Shown here one piece after another: positions 63,682 to 64,000 of a stretch of DNA of 64,000 bases. The stretch comes from Lineus longissimus (taxonomy: Eukaryota), in assembly GCF_910592395.1 (NCBI RefSeq), contig NC_088308.1:1-64000 (forward strand), in the 5' to 3' direction. The notes beneath the pieces were generated by a model. It made no database searches and was not told the origin of the DNA. It saw only the letters and a list, made by a program, of their open reading frames with translations. The translations under genes and the position numbers were made by a program. Each line of letters starts with the position of its first letter. The first letter of the stretch is position 1.

Positions 63682-63947
63682 GACCCGGTTTCTCAAAGAA
63701 TCTTAAGTGTTTGTCTTAAGTCATAATATTTTGACTAAGCCAAGTCAAAAACTTAAGTACGAATCTCAAAGCATCTTGTGTCCTTCATTCCGACTTAAGT
63801 ACGGTAGCTACCGTGCTTAAGTTTTTGGGGTACTTAAGTCGGCTAGGCGAGTTAAGATTCTTTGTGAATCAACTTAAGACAAAACTTAAGAAATTCTCAT
63901 ACTTAAGTCACCAAAACAGACTTAAGATTCTTTGTGAAACCGGGCCC
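63682..63947. mobile_element. PIF/Harbinger-like MITE
   Basis: CCCGGTTTCTCAAAGAATCTTAAGT ... ACTTAAGATTCTTTGTGAAACCGGG TIRs; internal CTTAAG repeats. Confidence 0.8.
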
Positions 63948-64000
63948 AGGAGGATAATGTGCCTATTCGCCTCTTTCCTGTCCTGTAGTAGAATGGCTGG

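Overview
Intron-rich animal (invertebrate-like) genomic DNA, not prokaryotic; most ORF-track entries are spurious or single exons. Five spliced genes were reconstructed by hand with consistent GT-AG phases: two head-to-head, LIM-less PDZ + Zasp-motif paralogues (minus 6990-17584, plus 21397-36389), an 11-beta-HSD1-like SDR (38556-41206, with one intron ending in AA instead of AG), BUD31 (42162-44095) and CRLF3 (48441-52779). The left end holds a broken tyrosine-recombinase gene interrupted by a TGT..ACA MITE with a CCGG target duplication, followed by what may be a decayed multi-exon gene. Just upstream of CRLF3 is a ~8.5 kb array of seven ~1.195 kb units. Each unit carries a tRNA-like Pol III cassette (A/B boxes, oligo-T, a compensatory T-stem change, but a non-pairing anticodon stem) and a GNRA-capped hairpin. 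LINE fragments (RTE, L2), MITEs, a displaced duplicated exon and several minisatellites that start at or contain splice donors are also present. All calls were made by eye; no searches were run.
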